From the NCBI GenBank assembly GCA_043813365.1, contig JBDRLB010000008.1, positions 1-37,977 of the forward strand: 37,977 nt of DNA. Direction: 5' to 3'. A program made the translations under genes and the position numbers. The notes beneath the pieces were generated by a model. The model saw only the letters and a list, made by a program, of their open reading frames with translations, was not told the DNA's origin and did no database searches. The stretch is from Candidatus Micrarchaeota archaeon (lineage in GTDB: Archaea > Micrarchaeota > Micrarchaeia > Norongarragalinales > SBBD01). This document shows, in pieces, positions 8,761 through 18,120 of this stretch (positions are counted from its first letter, which is position 1; every line of letters starts with the position of its first letter).

Positions 8761-8917
8761 GCGAATCACCTTTATTCTTTGCTCGGGGGGGGGGAATTTA
8801 AGCCTTTCCTTGAGTTTTTGCGCCGAAAACACCCGAATTCATCCCCCAAATTGGTTATAAGTAAATTTTCTCCCTTATATTTTTGCCTTGTACGGCAATC
8901 AAAATGCTTAAATATAT

Positions 8918-8939
8918 CCGTAATAACATGTTATTACGG
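8918..8939. promoter_or_regulatory. Perfect 22-bp palindrome, likely vapBC autoregulatory operator
   Basis: CCGTAATAACATGTTATTACGG is its own reverse complement and lies just downstream of TATA box CTTAAATA (8907-8914). Confidence 0.8.
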
Positions 8940-8947
8940 TGATTCCG

Positions 8948-9154
8948 GTGAAATTCGTGGGAAGATGGATAAAAGTGGGCAACGGTGCGGCGATTTCGGC
9001 CTCGAAGAAAATGCTCAAGCAGAACGGCTGGAAGTTCGGGCAGGAGGTGGAAGTCATAGTTGTAAAAAAAGACAAAAAGGCAGCCCTGAAGCGGCTATTT
9101 GGCATGTACCCATCAATGGCGCCATTTGTCAGGGAAAAAGACCGGGAGTTCTAG
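8948..9154 (+). CDS. vapB: AbrB/MazE-type antitoxin (VapB-like)
   Basis: KVGNGAAISASKKMLKQNGWKFGQEVEV matches the AbrB swapped-hairpin pattern. Abuts a PIN gene. GTG start at 8948 after GGTGA, or at 8939. Confidence 0.8.
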   Translation: MKFVGRWIKVGNGAAISASKKMLKQNGWKFGQEVEVIVVKKDKKAALKRLFGMYPSMAPFVREKDREF

Positions 9155-9547
9155 ATGATATTGGTTGACTCGTCCGCTTGGATAGAGCTGATAAAGAATG
9201 GCCGCAAGGCGGGAGAAATCAGCCGGATATTGGAAAAAAGCTCCGTTTACTGCATCGGGGTAAGCATTGCCGAAGTTTCCAAATGGTGCGAATCAAACGG
9301 CTTCGAGTCTGAGAAAGCAGTTTTGGATATGCTCAAAACCTGCGATGATATCATCGAACCAACCGTTGACGCCCTAAGGTTTGCGGGGAAGCTGAATGTT
9401 TCTATTAATCGTAAAAGAGGCGCCAAGCTTAGGCAGATTTCACTGATAGACTGCATCCTTGCTGCAACCGTTACCGAAAACCAGCTGAAAGTGCTGACTT
9501 TGGATGAAGATTTTTCCAGCCTGAACTGCGACAAAATGCTCCTTTAG
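9155..9547 (+). CDS. vapC: PIN-domain toxin (VapC)
   Basis: ILVDSSAWIE, SIAEV, SLIDCILAA and LTLDEDF acidic PIN motifs; 130 aa. Confidence 0.93.
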   Translation: MILVDSSAWIELIKNGRKAGEISRILEKSSVYCIGVSIAEVSKWCESNGFESEKAVLDMLKTCDDIIEPTVDALRFAGKLNVSINRKRGAKLRQISLIDCILAATVTENQLKVLTLDEDFSSLNCDKMLL

Positions 9548-9621
9548 CCAATCCGGCAAGTGCCGAATATCTCGCCTTTAATACCTATTTTAAATCGAAT
9601 TACTGTTGAACTATTGGTCTT

Positions 9622-10614
9622 ATGCAAAAACATGTGAAAGTGCTTGCAACCCCGAACATCGCGGTTGTGAAGTACTGGGGGAAGAGGGACGAGAAGCTGA
9701 TGCTCCCTACGAACAGCTCCCTGAGTTTCACGATGGACGAGCAGCTCAAAACAATAACGGAAATAACTGCAGGAAAGGAAATTGCCAAGGACGAGCTTTT
9801 TTTGGAGGGCAAACAGCTGGTCGGCAAGGAATTCGAGGGCGTCCGGAAGGTGCTCGCGTTTGTCAGGGAAAAATACGGCTTCGAGGGGAAGGTTTCGATA
9901 AAATCCAAAAACTACTTCCCAACAGGAGCGGGAATGGCCTCATCCGCTTCAGGTTATGCCGCGTTGGCATTCGGTTTGAACGAGTCGCTGGAGTTGGGTT
10001 TGGATAGGAAGAAAATGTCCATCATCGCGCGCTTGGGAAGCGGCTCCGCATCCCGCTCCGTTTACGGCGGATTCGTGGAGTGGCAAAAGGGGGAAAAGAG
10101 GGACGGCTCTGATTCGTATGCAGTACAGATTGCGGACGAGAGCCACTGGCCGGAATTGCGGAACGTCATTGCAATTGTCGACCAGGAGAAAAAGAAAATA
10201 TCCAGCAGGGCTGGCATGAAGGAAACGGTTGCAACTTCAGAGATGTTCGAGAGGAGGATGGACACAATTGATGATACTGTGAAGGAAATGAAGAAAGCAG
10301 TTTTGGGTAAGGATTTTTCCGCCTTTGCAGAACTTACCATGATGGATTCCGACAGCATGCACACATGCATGGCGGACGCGAAGCCCCCGATTGTTTATTT
10401 GAACAAAGTGAGCCGTAAAATACAGTCGGAAGTGAGGAAATTGAACGAAAAGGAAAATATCGCCGCCTATACCTTCGATGCGGGCCCCAATGCTCACATC
10501 TATACTCTCGAGAAATACGTGCCCATGGTCCGGGAGATGCTATCGGGGATGAGCGGCGTGAAGCAGGTAATTGCCTGCAAAGTCGGTAGCGGGCCGAGGG
10601 TGCTTGAAGGATGA
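9622..10614 (+). CDS. mvaD: Diphosphomevalonate decarboxylase
   Basis: PNIAVVKYWGK, LPTNSSLS, FPTGAGMASSASG, ARLGSGSASRS, SSRAGM and YTFDAGPN. Confidence 0.93.
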   Translation: MQKHVKVLATPNIAVVKYWGKRDEKLMLPTNSSLSFTMDEQLKTITEITAGKEIAKDELFLEGKQLVGKEFEGVRKVLAFVREKYGFEGKVSIKSKNYFPTGAGMASSASGYAALAFGLNESLELGLDRKKMSIIARLGSGSASRSVYGGFVEWQKGEKRDGSDSYAVQIADESHWPELRNVIAIVDQEKKKISSRAGMKETVATSEMFERRMDTIDDTVKEMKKAVLGKDFSAFAELTMMDSDSMHTCMADAKPPIVYLNKVSRKIQSEVRKLNEKENIAAYTFDAGPNAHIYTLEKYVPMVREMLSGMSGVKQVIACKVGSGPRVLEG

Positions 10615-11786
10615 ACGCCTATTGCGCATCCGCGCCCGGAAAAATACTGTGGCTTGGCGGCTATTCGGTGCTGGAGAAGGGGAATGTTTCGCTGGTAACC
10701 GTTGTTGATAAGCGGGTGTATGCCGAATGTGAATTGTCGGAGGGAGATGGGATAGTTTTCAATATCCCCCAGTTTAAGGTGAATTTGCAGGGGAAAATAA
10801 GAAACGGGAAAATTTACTTAAATGCGACTTCCGAATCTGCACAAAAGGCGAAATTTGTCATTGCAGCAGCTGAAAACTGCATCAAATACCTGGAGGCGAA
10901 GGGGAAAAAAGCAAGGGGCTTCAAGCTCACAACTGTTTCCGATAAATCATTTGGGACGGGGAAGGAAAAAACGGGATTGGGAAGCTCGGCTGCTGTGACT
11001 GTAGCAAGCGTGGCTTCCATAATGGACGCATTTGGGAATGGAATTGAAACTGGCCGGAACAAGCTTGTCATCCATAACCTTTCCCAGCTAGCGCATTCGG
11101 ACGCCCAGGGGAAAATGGGGAGCGGGTTCGATATTGCGGCCGCAACCTTCGGCACAATAAACTATTCCCGGTATTCGCCGGAAATCATAGCGAAAGCAAA
11201 TGGAAAGAAAGGGAATGAATTCGCAAAATTGATGGAAAAGGCATGGGACTGCTCCATTGAACTGGTTTCCCTCCCAGAACATTTCATTCCAGTGCTCGCA
11301 TTCACAAACGTTTCCGCATCCACATCGGAAATGGTGAAAAAAGTGCTGGAGCTCAAGAAGAATAAGCGCCGCATCTATTCAGAAATGATCTCCGAGATAA
11401 ATAATGCGAACAAGGATGCGATTGAAAACCTGAACCAAGTGGCAATGAGCAAGAACACTGCTCTTCAGCAATTCAAAAATCATTTTGAAGATGCACGGCT
11501 GCTCACAAAAAAGCTAGGCGAGCTTGCCGGAGCGGACATTGAAAATCCCCGTTTCACCAAATTGATACAGCTCTCCCTTTCCCAAGGTGCGTTTGTCTGC
11601 AAACTGCCGGGAGCAGGAGGAGGGGATTCGATCGCCGCCATCTGCTTGAATGGCAAGGACGCAGGCAAACTGAGGAATTTCTGGAAATCGCTCAAGCTGT
11701 CCTTATTGGATGTGGAATTCGGCAATGGGGGTGCGAGGAAGGAAGGCACGGCAGCCGTCGAAAAAATGCTCAAAACGAATGCTTAA
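10611..11786 (+). CDS. Phosphomevalonate kinase, ERG8-like GHMP type
   Basis: SAPGKILWLGGYSVL, KTGLGSSAA, AHSDAQGKMGSGFDIAAA and PGAGGGD. ATGA overlap with the mvaD stop. Confidence 0.88.
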   Translation: MNAYCASAPGKILWLGGYSVLEKGNVSLVTVVDKRVYAECELSEGDGIVFNIPQFKVNLQGKIRNGKIYLNATSESAQKAKFVIAAAENCIKYLEAKGKKARGFKLTTVSDKSFGTGKEKTGLGSSAAVTVASVASIMDAFGNGIETGRNKLVIHNLSQLAHSDAQGKMGSGFDIAAATFGTINYSRYSPEIIAKANGKKGNEFAKLMEKAWDCSIELVSLPEHFIPVLAFTNVSASTSEMVKKVLELKKNKRRIYSEMISEINNANKDAIENLNQVAMSKNTALQQFKNHFEDARLLTKKLGELAGADIENPRFTKLIQLSLSQGAFVCKLPGAGGGDSIAAICLNGKDAGKLRNFWKSLKLSLLDVEFGNGGARKEGTAAVEKMLKTNA

Positions 11787-11823
11787 AAATGCGTCAAAAA
11801 CATCATCTTAAAAGAGGGAGAAA

Positions 11824-12852
11824 ATGGGAATAATAACGCGCAAGATGGAACACGTCAATATCGCATTGGGCAGGAAAATCGAGACCAACAGGAAACCCGG
11901 CTTCGATGAAGTGTTTTTCAGGCATTATTCCCTTCCCGAAATGGATTTTGGGGAGGTGGATATTTCCCAGACCTTCCTGAAGCGCAAGCTTGCAGCGCCG
12001 CTGATGATCGTCTCAATGACCGGCGGGTTTGCGGAGGCTGGGAAAATCAACCGCGAGCTTGCAATTGCCGCTGAAAAGGAAGGGATTCCGGTGGGTCTGG
12101 GCTCGCAGAGAGCAATGCTGGAAAAGCCTGAGCTGAAAAAAACATTCGTGGTAAGGGATGCGGCACCTAAGGTGTTTTTGATGGGTAACATCGGTGCGGT
12201 GCAGCTTCAGGAGTATTCGAAAAAGCAGATCGAATGGATTGTCTCATCGATTGAGCTGGATGCGCTTTGCATACACCTGAACCCGTTGCAGGAGGCGATA
12301 CAGAAAGAGGGGGACAAGAAATGGTCCGGAGTGCTGAAGCAGATTGCAAATACTTGCGATTACCTCGATGTGCCCGTTATTGTGAAGGAGACCGGAGCGG
12401 GAATCAATTCGAAAGTTGCGAAGGAACTCGAAAGGGCTGGCGTTTCGGCAATTGATGTTTCCGGAGTTGGCGGAAGCTCATGGAGCGCAATAGAGCTTCA
12501 CCGGAAGGATGCGCTGGCCGGGCAAGCGTTCTGGGACTGGGGGAATACCACTGTTGATTGCCTGAATGAATGTGCCGGAAAAATAAAAGTACCCTTGATT
12601 GCAAGCGGCGGAGTAAGGTCGGGTTTGGATGCTGCCAAGGCTATACGATTGGGGGCAGCAATTGCCGGCGGAGGGCTGCCATTCCTGAAGGCGCAGAATT
12701 CCGGCGGAGTTGAAGCAGTTAGGAAGGAAATCCAGCTTTGGAAGGAAGAGCTGAAAATCGCGATGTTCCTAACCAGGAGCAAAAACCTTTCCCAGCTGAA
12801 AAAAGCGAAATTGCAATGCGAATGCTGCGAAGAATGCTGCTGCGAGGAATAA
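11824..12852 (+). CDS. fni: Type 2 (FMN-dependent) isopentenyl-diphosphate isomerase
   Basis: RKMEH, SMTGG, GSQR, HLNPLQE, VKETGAG and ASGGVRSGLD. Confidence 0.95.
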   Translation: MGIITRKMEHVNIALGRKIETNRKPGFDEVFFRHYSLPEMDFGEVDISQTFLKRKLAAPLMIVSMTGGFAEAGKINRELAIAAEKEGIPVGLGSQRAMLEKPELKKTFVVRDAAPKVFLMGNIGAVQLQEYSKKQIEWIVSSIELDALCIHLNPLQEAIQKEGDKKWSGVLKQIANTCDYLDVPVIVKETGAGINSKVAKELERAGVSAIDVSGVGGSSWSAIELHRKDALAGQAFWDWGNTTVDCLNECAGKIKVPLIASGGVRSGLDAAKAIRLGAAIAGGGLPFLKAQNSGGVEAVRKEIQLWKEELKIAMFLTRSKNLSQLKKAKLQCECCEECCCEE

Positions 12853-13014
12853 ATTGATCTGCTGATAATCGGCGGACCGTCTAATTCAATTAATCCGCAA
12901 AACAAATTAGAGGGGGATCGGGAAGATGCTCTAGAATCTTATGATTCTAGGCATGCTAAGAACCTTCGCGGTTCTTACGCACCTTCAAACTGAGGGGGAT
13001 ACTTCCCCCGCGGT

Positions 13015-13740
13015 TCAGGCGTAAGCCGGATTTTCCCCGATCTCGTTGTATTTCGAGTGCAGGGATTTTATCTTGTCCATGCTCGATTTGATCTTTTCCT
13101 CGATAACGGCGCCTTCCGCAACAAGCGGCTTCACATCCACCGGAACCTTGATCAATTCGGCAAGCTTGGCAAGCAGCTTTGCTGACCCTTTCGGCTCCAT
13201 CGGCTGGGAGGTTTGTATGAGAATGTTCGCAGCGGGGAATTTTTCCGATGCGCATTCAGAAATGAGCAAACCGGACACGCCCTGGGTTGCGCCTTCCTTG
13301 ATAACTTCGATGCCATTCTTCTTCAGCTTCTCCACCATCTGCGGGGTGCTCCCGATCCCGAATATCTTTTCCTGCGGCTGCTCCGATGCGATCCCCGCGA
13401 GTGAATAGATTTCCTTGCATCCCTTTTCCTGCGCATATTTCAGGATTTTTTGCGAGAGCGCGAACGCAACTTCAGAGGGGATCACGAATTCCGAGAAAAG
13501 CACGATGAGGTTGTACTTTTCCGATGCATAAATCCTTGCGGGCGAAACCGGGACATAATCATGTATGGCCGCAATCGGAGGGAAATGCGAGCTGGAGATG
13601 TACCCGATTATGCGCATCCCGAGCTTTTCCGCAAGGTAGGACGCGGAAATGGTTCCGATCATCCCGATCCCTGGGAAGCCTTCGATCATCACAGCATTCT
13701 TGAGCTTCACCTTCTCAATTTCACGGATTTCGACCATCAT
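13015..13740 (-). CDS. PAC2-family proteasome assembly chaperone
   Basis: IEGFPGIGMIGTI, SSHFPP, PARIYA and GVSGLL. Confidence 0.88.
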   Translation of the reverse strand: MMVEIREIEKVKLKNAVMIEGFPGIGMIGTISASYLAEKLGMRIIGYISSSHFPPIAAIHDYVPVSPARIYASEKYNLIVLFSEFVIPSEVAFALSQKILKYAQEKGCKEIYSLAGIASEQPQEKIFGIGSTPQMVEKLKKNGIEVIKEGATQGVSGLLISECASEKFPAANILIQTSQPMEPKGSAKLLAKLAELIKVPVDVKPLVAEGAVIEEKIKSSMDKIKSLHSKYNEIGENPAYA

Positions 13741-13816
13741 GATTAACCACCCAAATCAAGCAAGAGGAAAAAACTTAACGAACAAGTATGCAACCTGTGC
13801 ATTCCATTCCCGCGTT

Positions 13817-14689
13817 TCAAACAAAATTAATTCCTTTCACGACATTGAATACCAAAAGGCTGCAGGGGAACAGCATAGAAAAATAGAGCGGCGCCTTTTT
13901 AATCTTCCCCTCCTGCAGTGAAACGAATGCGGAGGAAATAATTGAAAGAAGGAAAATGTAAACCTGCACAGCAACGATGACTGTTGGAAGCAGCTCCGGC
14001 GAATTTTTCAATTGGAAGATGGAATCAACTGTATCGAATTGCAATGCCCCAATTACGCTTAAAAGCAGCCCCAGTATCAGCGGAATTAATATCGCCACCC
14101 CTGCGAGGAGCGTGTATTTTTGCATAGAGAAGCCCGCAGCAGCCTCCTTCTGCAGGGATTGCATCTCGAAAATGTCCTGCGCGATCTCATTCAATGGGGC
14201 GCTTAAATTCCCGCCGCTTCCATACGCCTCCAATGCCAAGGAAATCGAGCGCTTGAGAAGAATGGAGTCGTTTGTGCCTGCGATTCTGCCAATTGCTTCT
14301 TCAGTAGGGAAGCCCGCCTTGATCAAATTATCCGCTTTCCTGAATTCCCTTCCAAGGACGGAATCCTTGTTTGCAACCGTTTCGATGATTTTTTCCATCG
14401 GCGTATCTTTCGGGAATGCCGCGATCTGGAACAAAGCATCCGGAAGCTCCGCATCTATCCGCTTCTGCTTCCTGTCGTGAAGGTAATCGAGGAAGAAATA
14501 AAGCAGTGAAGGGGGGAGAAGCAACGTGGAAAGGAACATCGCGATTTTAAGAAGATAGTCTGTTTGAATGGTAAAGAAAAGAACGGCGGACATGGCCGAG
14601 GAAATAATTAGCGTATAAAAAAGAAGGTGGTTGAACGGGATTTTGATTTTAAGAAAGGAAAGCTCCTCCTCGAAAAGTTTTTCCAACAC
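13817..14689 (-). CDS. Type II secretion system F / TadC-FlaJ-like pilus platform protein
   Basis: N-terminal TM pair, IDAELPDALFQIA, LGREFRKA..IKAG, GGNLSAPLNEIAQDI and three C-terminal TMs. Confidence 0.85.
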   Translation of the reverse strand: MLEKLFEEELSFLKIKIPFNHLLFYTLIISSAMSAVLFFTIQTDYLLKIAMFLSTLLLPPSLLYFFLDYLHDRKQKRIDAELPDALFQIAAFPKDTPMEKIIETVANKDSVLGREFRKADNLIKAGFPTEEAIGRIAGTNDSILLKRSISLALEAYGSGGNLSAPLNEIAQDIFEMQSLQKEAAAGFSMQKYTLLAGVAILIPLILGLLLSVIGALQFDTVDSIFQLKNSPELLPTVIVAVQVYIFLLSIISSAFVSLQEGKIKKAPLYFSMLFPCSLLVFNVVKGINFV

Positions 14690-14786
14690 AACGGCTCACT
14701 TGGGAGCCTCCACGTTAAGGAAATGGGATGAAAAAGTTAAATAGGTTGCGATAGGCGTCCGAATGAAAATAGTTCCAATCAATCCT

Positions 14787-16088
14787 TTACGGATAGGAGC
14801 GGTTCATCACTCTGGGGAAGGGTATCGTGTCCCTGATGTGCTCAAGCTTGCACACCCACCGGACAATGCGCTCCATCCCCAATCCGAAGCCGGAATGGGG
14901 GACACTGCCATATCTCCGCAGATCAAGGTACCATTCGTATGCACTAAGGTCTGCGCCTTCCGATTTCAACCGCTCAATAAGTTTGTTCACGTCCTCTTCG
15001 CGCTGGGAGCCGCCGATCACTTCCCCGTACCCTTCAGGCGCGAGGCAGTCATTGCATTTCACTAATTTCGGATTTTCCGGATCCTCCTTCATATAAAACG
15101 CTTTAATATGCTTCGGGTAATGGGTGATGAAAACCGGCACTTTGCGGTCCATAGTAAGTATCCTCTCGTCTTCCGTTCCCAGATCGTCGCCCCATTTTAT
15201 CGCAGGGTTCTTTTTGGAGATTAAGTCAATTGCCTCATCATATCTCAGCCGGTCGAAAGGCGCCTCAATTTTCCTCATTTCAGATGGGTCCCTTCCTAGG
15301 AATTTCAGCTCCTTTGGGCGTTCTTTCGCGATTTTTTGGCACATGTATGCGATCAGGCCTTCCTCCAAATTTATCATCCCATCCAGGTCAACATGTGCTG
15401 CTTCCGCTTCAACGTGCCAATATTCTGCAAGGTGCCGGAGCGTCCGGCTTTTTTCCGCCCTGAACGAGGGAGTTATTGCATAAACCTTCCCAAGCGAGAA
15501 AATCAGCGCTTCCAAATAAAGCTGTGCGCTTTGTGAGAGGAACGCCTTTTTCCCGAAATAATTCATCTCGAACAAAGTGGAGCCGCCTTCAACCGCTCCC
15601 GTAACTATTATCGGAGGGGTGGTCTCATAATATCCTTCCTGCTTGAAATATTCCCTGACGCCCTCCAGCAAGGTTGCCTTCACTTTCATCGTTGCGGTAA
15701 TTTCCCTGCTTCTTACCCATAAATGCCTGATGTCTAGCAAAAATTCTGGAGAATTGTCCTTCGCAACCGGGAACGGGTGGGCCGAATGCATGACATGGAA
15801 TTCCGTTGCCTCCATCTCGAATCCGTTTATTGCACGGGCATCCTTCTTTACGATGCCCTTAACTTCAACTGCGCTTTCAATGAGCGCCTTATCCGCAGCA
15901 GAAAAATCCTTCTCGTGCACCTTGTCCTTTTTCACCGCAACCTGGATGATGTCCGTCGCATCCCTTACTATCAGGAAATCCATCCCTCCTGCTGTGCGCT
16001 TGCGGTAGACCCATCCCCTTATGCTTGCGGCTTTCCCTTCCATGCGCTCATCAAGGAGCGTTTCTATCTCATCGAATTGCGATTTCAT
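14787..16088 (-). CDS. asnS: Asparaginyl-tRNA synthetase
   Basis: OB-fold IRGWVYRKR, LSQSAQLYLE, FRAEKSRTLRHLAEYW, EVIGGSQRE and WYLDLRRYGSVPHSGFGLGMER. Confidence 0.95.
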   Translation of the reverse strand: MKSQFDEIETLLDERMEGKAASIRGWVYRKRTAGGMDFLIVRDATDIIQVAVKKDKVHEKDFSAADKALIESAVEVKGIVKKDARAINGFEMEATEFHVMHSAHPFPVAKDNSPEFLLDIRHLWVRSREITATMKVKATLLEGVREYFKQEGYYETTPPIIVTGAVEGGSTLFEMNYFGKKAFLSQSAQLYLEALIFSLGKVYAITPSFRAEKSRTLRHLAEYWHVEAEAAHVDLDGMINLEEGLIAYMCQKIAKERPKELKFLGRDPSEMRKIEAPFDRLRYDEAIDLISKKNPAIKWGDDLGTEDERILTMDRKVPVFITHYPKHIKAFYMKEDPENPKLVKCNDCLAPEGYGEVIGGSQREEDVNKLIERLKSEGADLSAYEWYLDLRRYGSVPHSGFGLGMERIVRWVCKLEHIRDTIPFPRVMNRSYP

Positions 16089-16165
16089 CCCCAATCTTCC
16101 TCTGCAATCATGAATACTTACTTTGCCCCTCAAGTTATTTAAACCTCTTTTCCTTCCCTAATGAT

Positions 16166-18073
16166 ATGGGAATCCTGTCATACCTATATTACGCATATTT
16201 CACTGCAGGTTCCGTCACACTGGGGTACCTCCTTTTGCGGCTTACATACCCGGAAGTGCGCTTGCTTTCAACCGAGCAGAAATTGGGGAATGCCGCAGTT
16301 TCCGGCGCATTGCTTGCAATTGCGTCGCTCGCTGTTGATTTTTTCTATGATGGCCAGCTCGAGGTGCTTTCGGGAAACGGCACCTACCCGATAATCGTCT
16401 TCCTGCTTTTCCTGCTGTCCTTCGTGTTCATGAAGCTTTATTTCGTATTCTCCAAGCCCGAGTACCTTACGGTCGGTGTCCCCTTCCAGAACCCGATCAA
16501 TATAGTGATTGAGACCCATGAAGGGAAATCGGAGCAGAAGGAAAACGAAGTGTACGAGAAGATAATCGGAAGGAGGAGCGGATCTGACATGGCGGAAAGG
16601 AGCGCCGAGAAGAAGAAAGACCTGATTACGAAGTTGCGGCAAAGCGACATGACGCCCGTTTCGCAGGAAGTGGTGAAATTGGAGAAGAAGGGCGGCTTAT
16701 TCTCTGGCCTGACGGCGATGTTTTCCGGCGGGAAGAAAAAGGAAGTGCAGCTTGATGAACTGAGAAAAACAAAGATGATCCCCCAGCCCGAGCAGAAAAT
16801 CCCTTTGGGAAGGCCGGTGATACAGCAAATCCCCCAAAACAAAGCGGTGCAGGTAATGCCCGCTCGAGGGAATGCTCCCGGAACTGCAGCTAAATCTTCA
16901 CCTGCTTCCGCTACACAATCAACAGAACAGCCGAGAAAAGGCTTCATGGGGATGATCGGGGATATTGTTGGGAAGGAACAACCTGGAGGAAGCGGCAAAA
17001 CGCCCCCGGACCAAGTTCCGCCAGCCGAGGGATCCGAGATGGTGCATAAATCAATTGCGGATATCCGTGCAAACGTGCAGAAGGAAAAGAGCGCGATGCA
17101 GGCTGCAATGGAGGATAAGGATAAAATAATATACAAAGAAGGGAATTTATCTGATAATTCCGGCAATATTCCTATTGCTAAAAGGCACATTCCGCTTGAA
17201 CCCGGGGAGAACGAGTCGCTTTCCTCGCTGAAATCGGAAATCATGAAGGACCAGCCGATCAACATCCCCCAGAAGGAAAAGCCGGCAGAGGAACCCGCAT
17301 TCAAGAGCGACCCGAAGGTGCTGGGCGAGCAGAAGAAAAGGGCGGAGGAGATGCAGGCGGACATGATTTTGGAGGATATTTTGCCGAAGGAGATCCGGGA
17401 GGCAAAACCACAGCCCGTTGTAGGGCAGCATAGGCTTTACCAGATGGTGCAGCAGCAGGGGAAGCCGGATGTGATCGTGCATCGGAGGTACATGCTCAAA
17501 GGCACTCCGGGCGAGGCACCGCAGGGAGTGAGCGTGATTGCTCAGGGCGACGTTGCAGGCACGGACAATTTCGATTCGCTCGTGAATGATGTTTATTCGC
17601 AATTGAAGGACAACAAGAAGGAGGGCTTGAAATCGAATTTGTCAGTTGCGCCTCCGAAGGACCTTCTTGGCGCGGCAAATACCAAACCCGGGCAGCCAGC
17701 TCCCCTCACTTTTGATGATCTTTTGGGGGAAAAGCCTGCTGAAAAGAAAACAGAAGGGCTGGGGGAGGCGCCGCAGCAGAGCAGCGTGTTTGGCCAGCTA
17801 TCGGACATTGCAGGAGGCACGGAGAAGAAACCAGAGAAGAAATCGGACATCTCATTCGTGAAAATACAGGCGGAAAAGGGCATGGGCTGCCCCACTTGCC
17901 ATTCGAAGAACACGAAAATAATATTCTGCCCCTACTGCGGAACGGGGATGTGCGCGAACTGCTCCCCCAACATCAAGATACAGGAGGGCGCGTTTGTTTA
18001 CATGTGCCCGAAATGCAAGGAAGATGTTGATGTCAGGAAGAAGCAGCAACAAGCCAGTGCAAATGCAGGATGA
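16166..18073 (+). CDS. Membrane protein (3 N-terminal TMs, long disordered region, C-terminal 8-Cys zinc finger)
   Basis: Hydrophobic N-terminus from MGILSYLY, a Pro/Glu/Lys/Gln-rich middle, and CPTC-x9-CPYC-x4-CANC-x14-CPKC. Divergent from asnS. Confidence 0.8.
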   Translation: MGILSYLYYAYFTAGSVTLGYLLLRLTYPEVRLLSTEQKLGNAAVSGALLAIASLAVDFFYDGQLEVLSGNGTYPIIVFLLFLLSFVFMKLYFVFSKPEYLTVGVPFQNPINIVIETHEGKSEQKENEVYEKIIGRRSGSDMAERSAEKKKDLITKLRQSDMTPVSQEVVKLEKKGGLFSGLTAMFSGGKKKEVQLDELRKTKMIPQPEQKIPLGRPVIQQIPQNKAVQVMPARGNAPGTAAKSSPASATQSTEQPRKGFMGMIGDIVGKEQPGGSGKTPPDQVPPAEGSEMVHKSIADIRANVQKEKSAMQAAMEDKDKIIYKEGNLSDNSGNIPIAKRHIPLEPGENESLSSLKSEIMKDQPINIPQKEKPAEEPAFKSDPKVLGEQKKRAEEMQADMILEDILPKEIREAKPQPVVGQHRLYQMVQQQGKPDVIVHRRYMLKGTPGEAPQGVSVIAQGDVAGTDNFDSLVNDVYSQLKDNKKEGLKSNLSVAPPKDLLGAANTKPGQPAPLTFDDLLGEKPAEKKTEGLGEAPQQSSVFGQLSDIAGGTEKKPEKKSDISFVKIQAEKGMGCPTCHSKNTKIIFCPYCGTGMCANCSPNIKIQEGAFVYMCPKCKEDVDVRKKQQQASANAG

Positions 18074-18120
18074 TGTATTTCCTATCATAAGATAAATCAT
18101 CCAATTAGGTGTCTATATCA

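Noticed and set aside
14787..16088. Non-discriminating AspRS instead of AsnRS
   Set aside because: GGSQRE and WYLDLRRYGSVPHSGFGLG match AsnRS.
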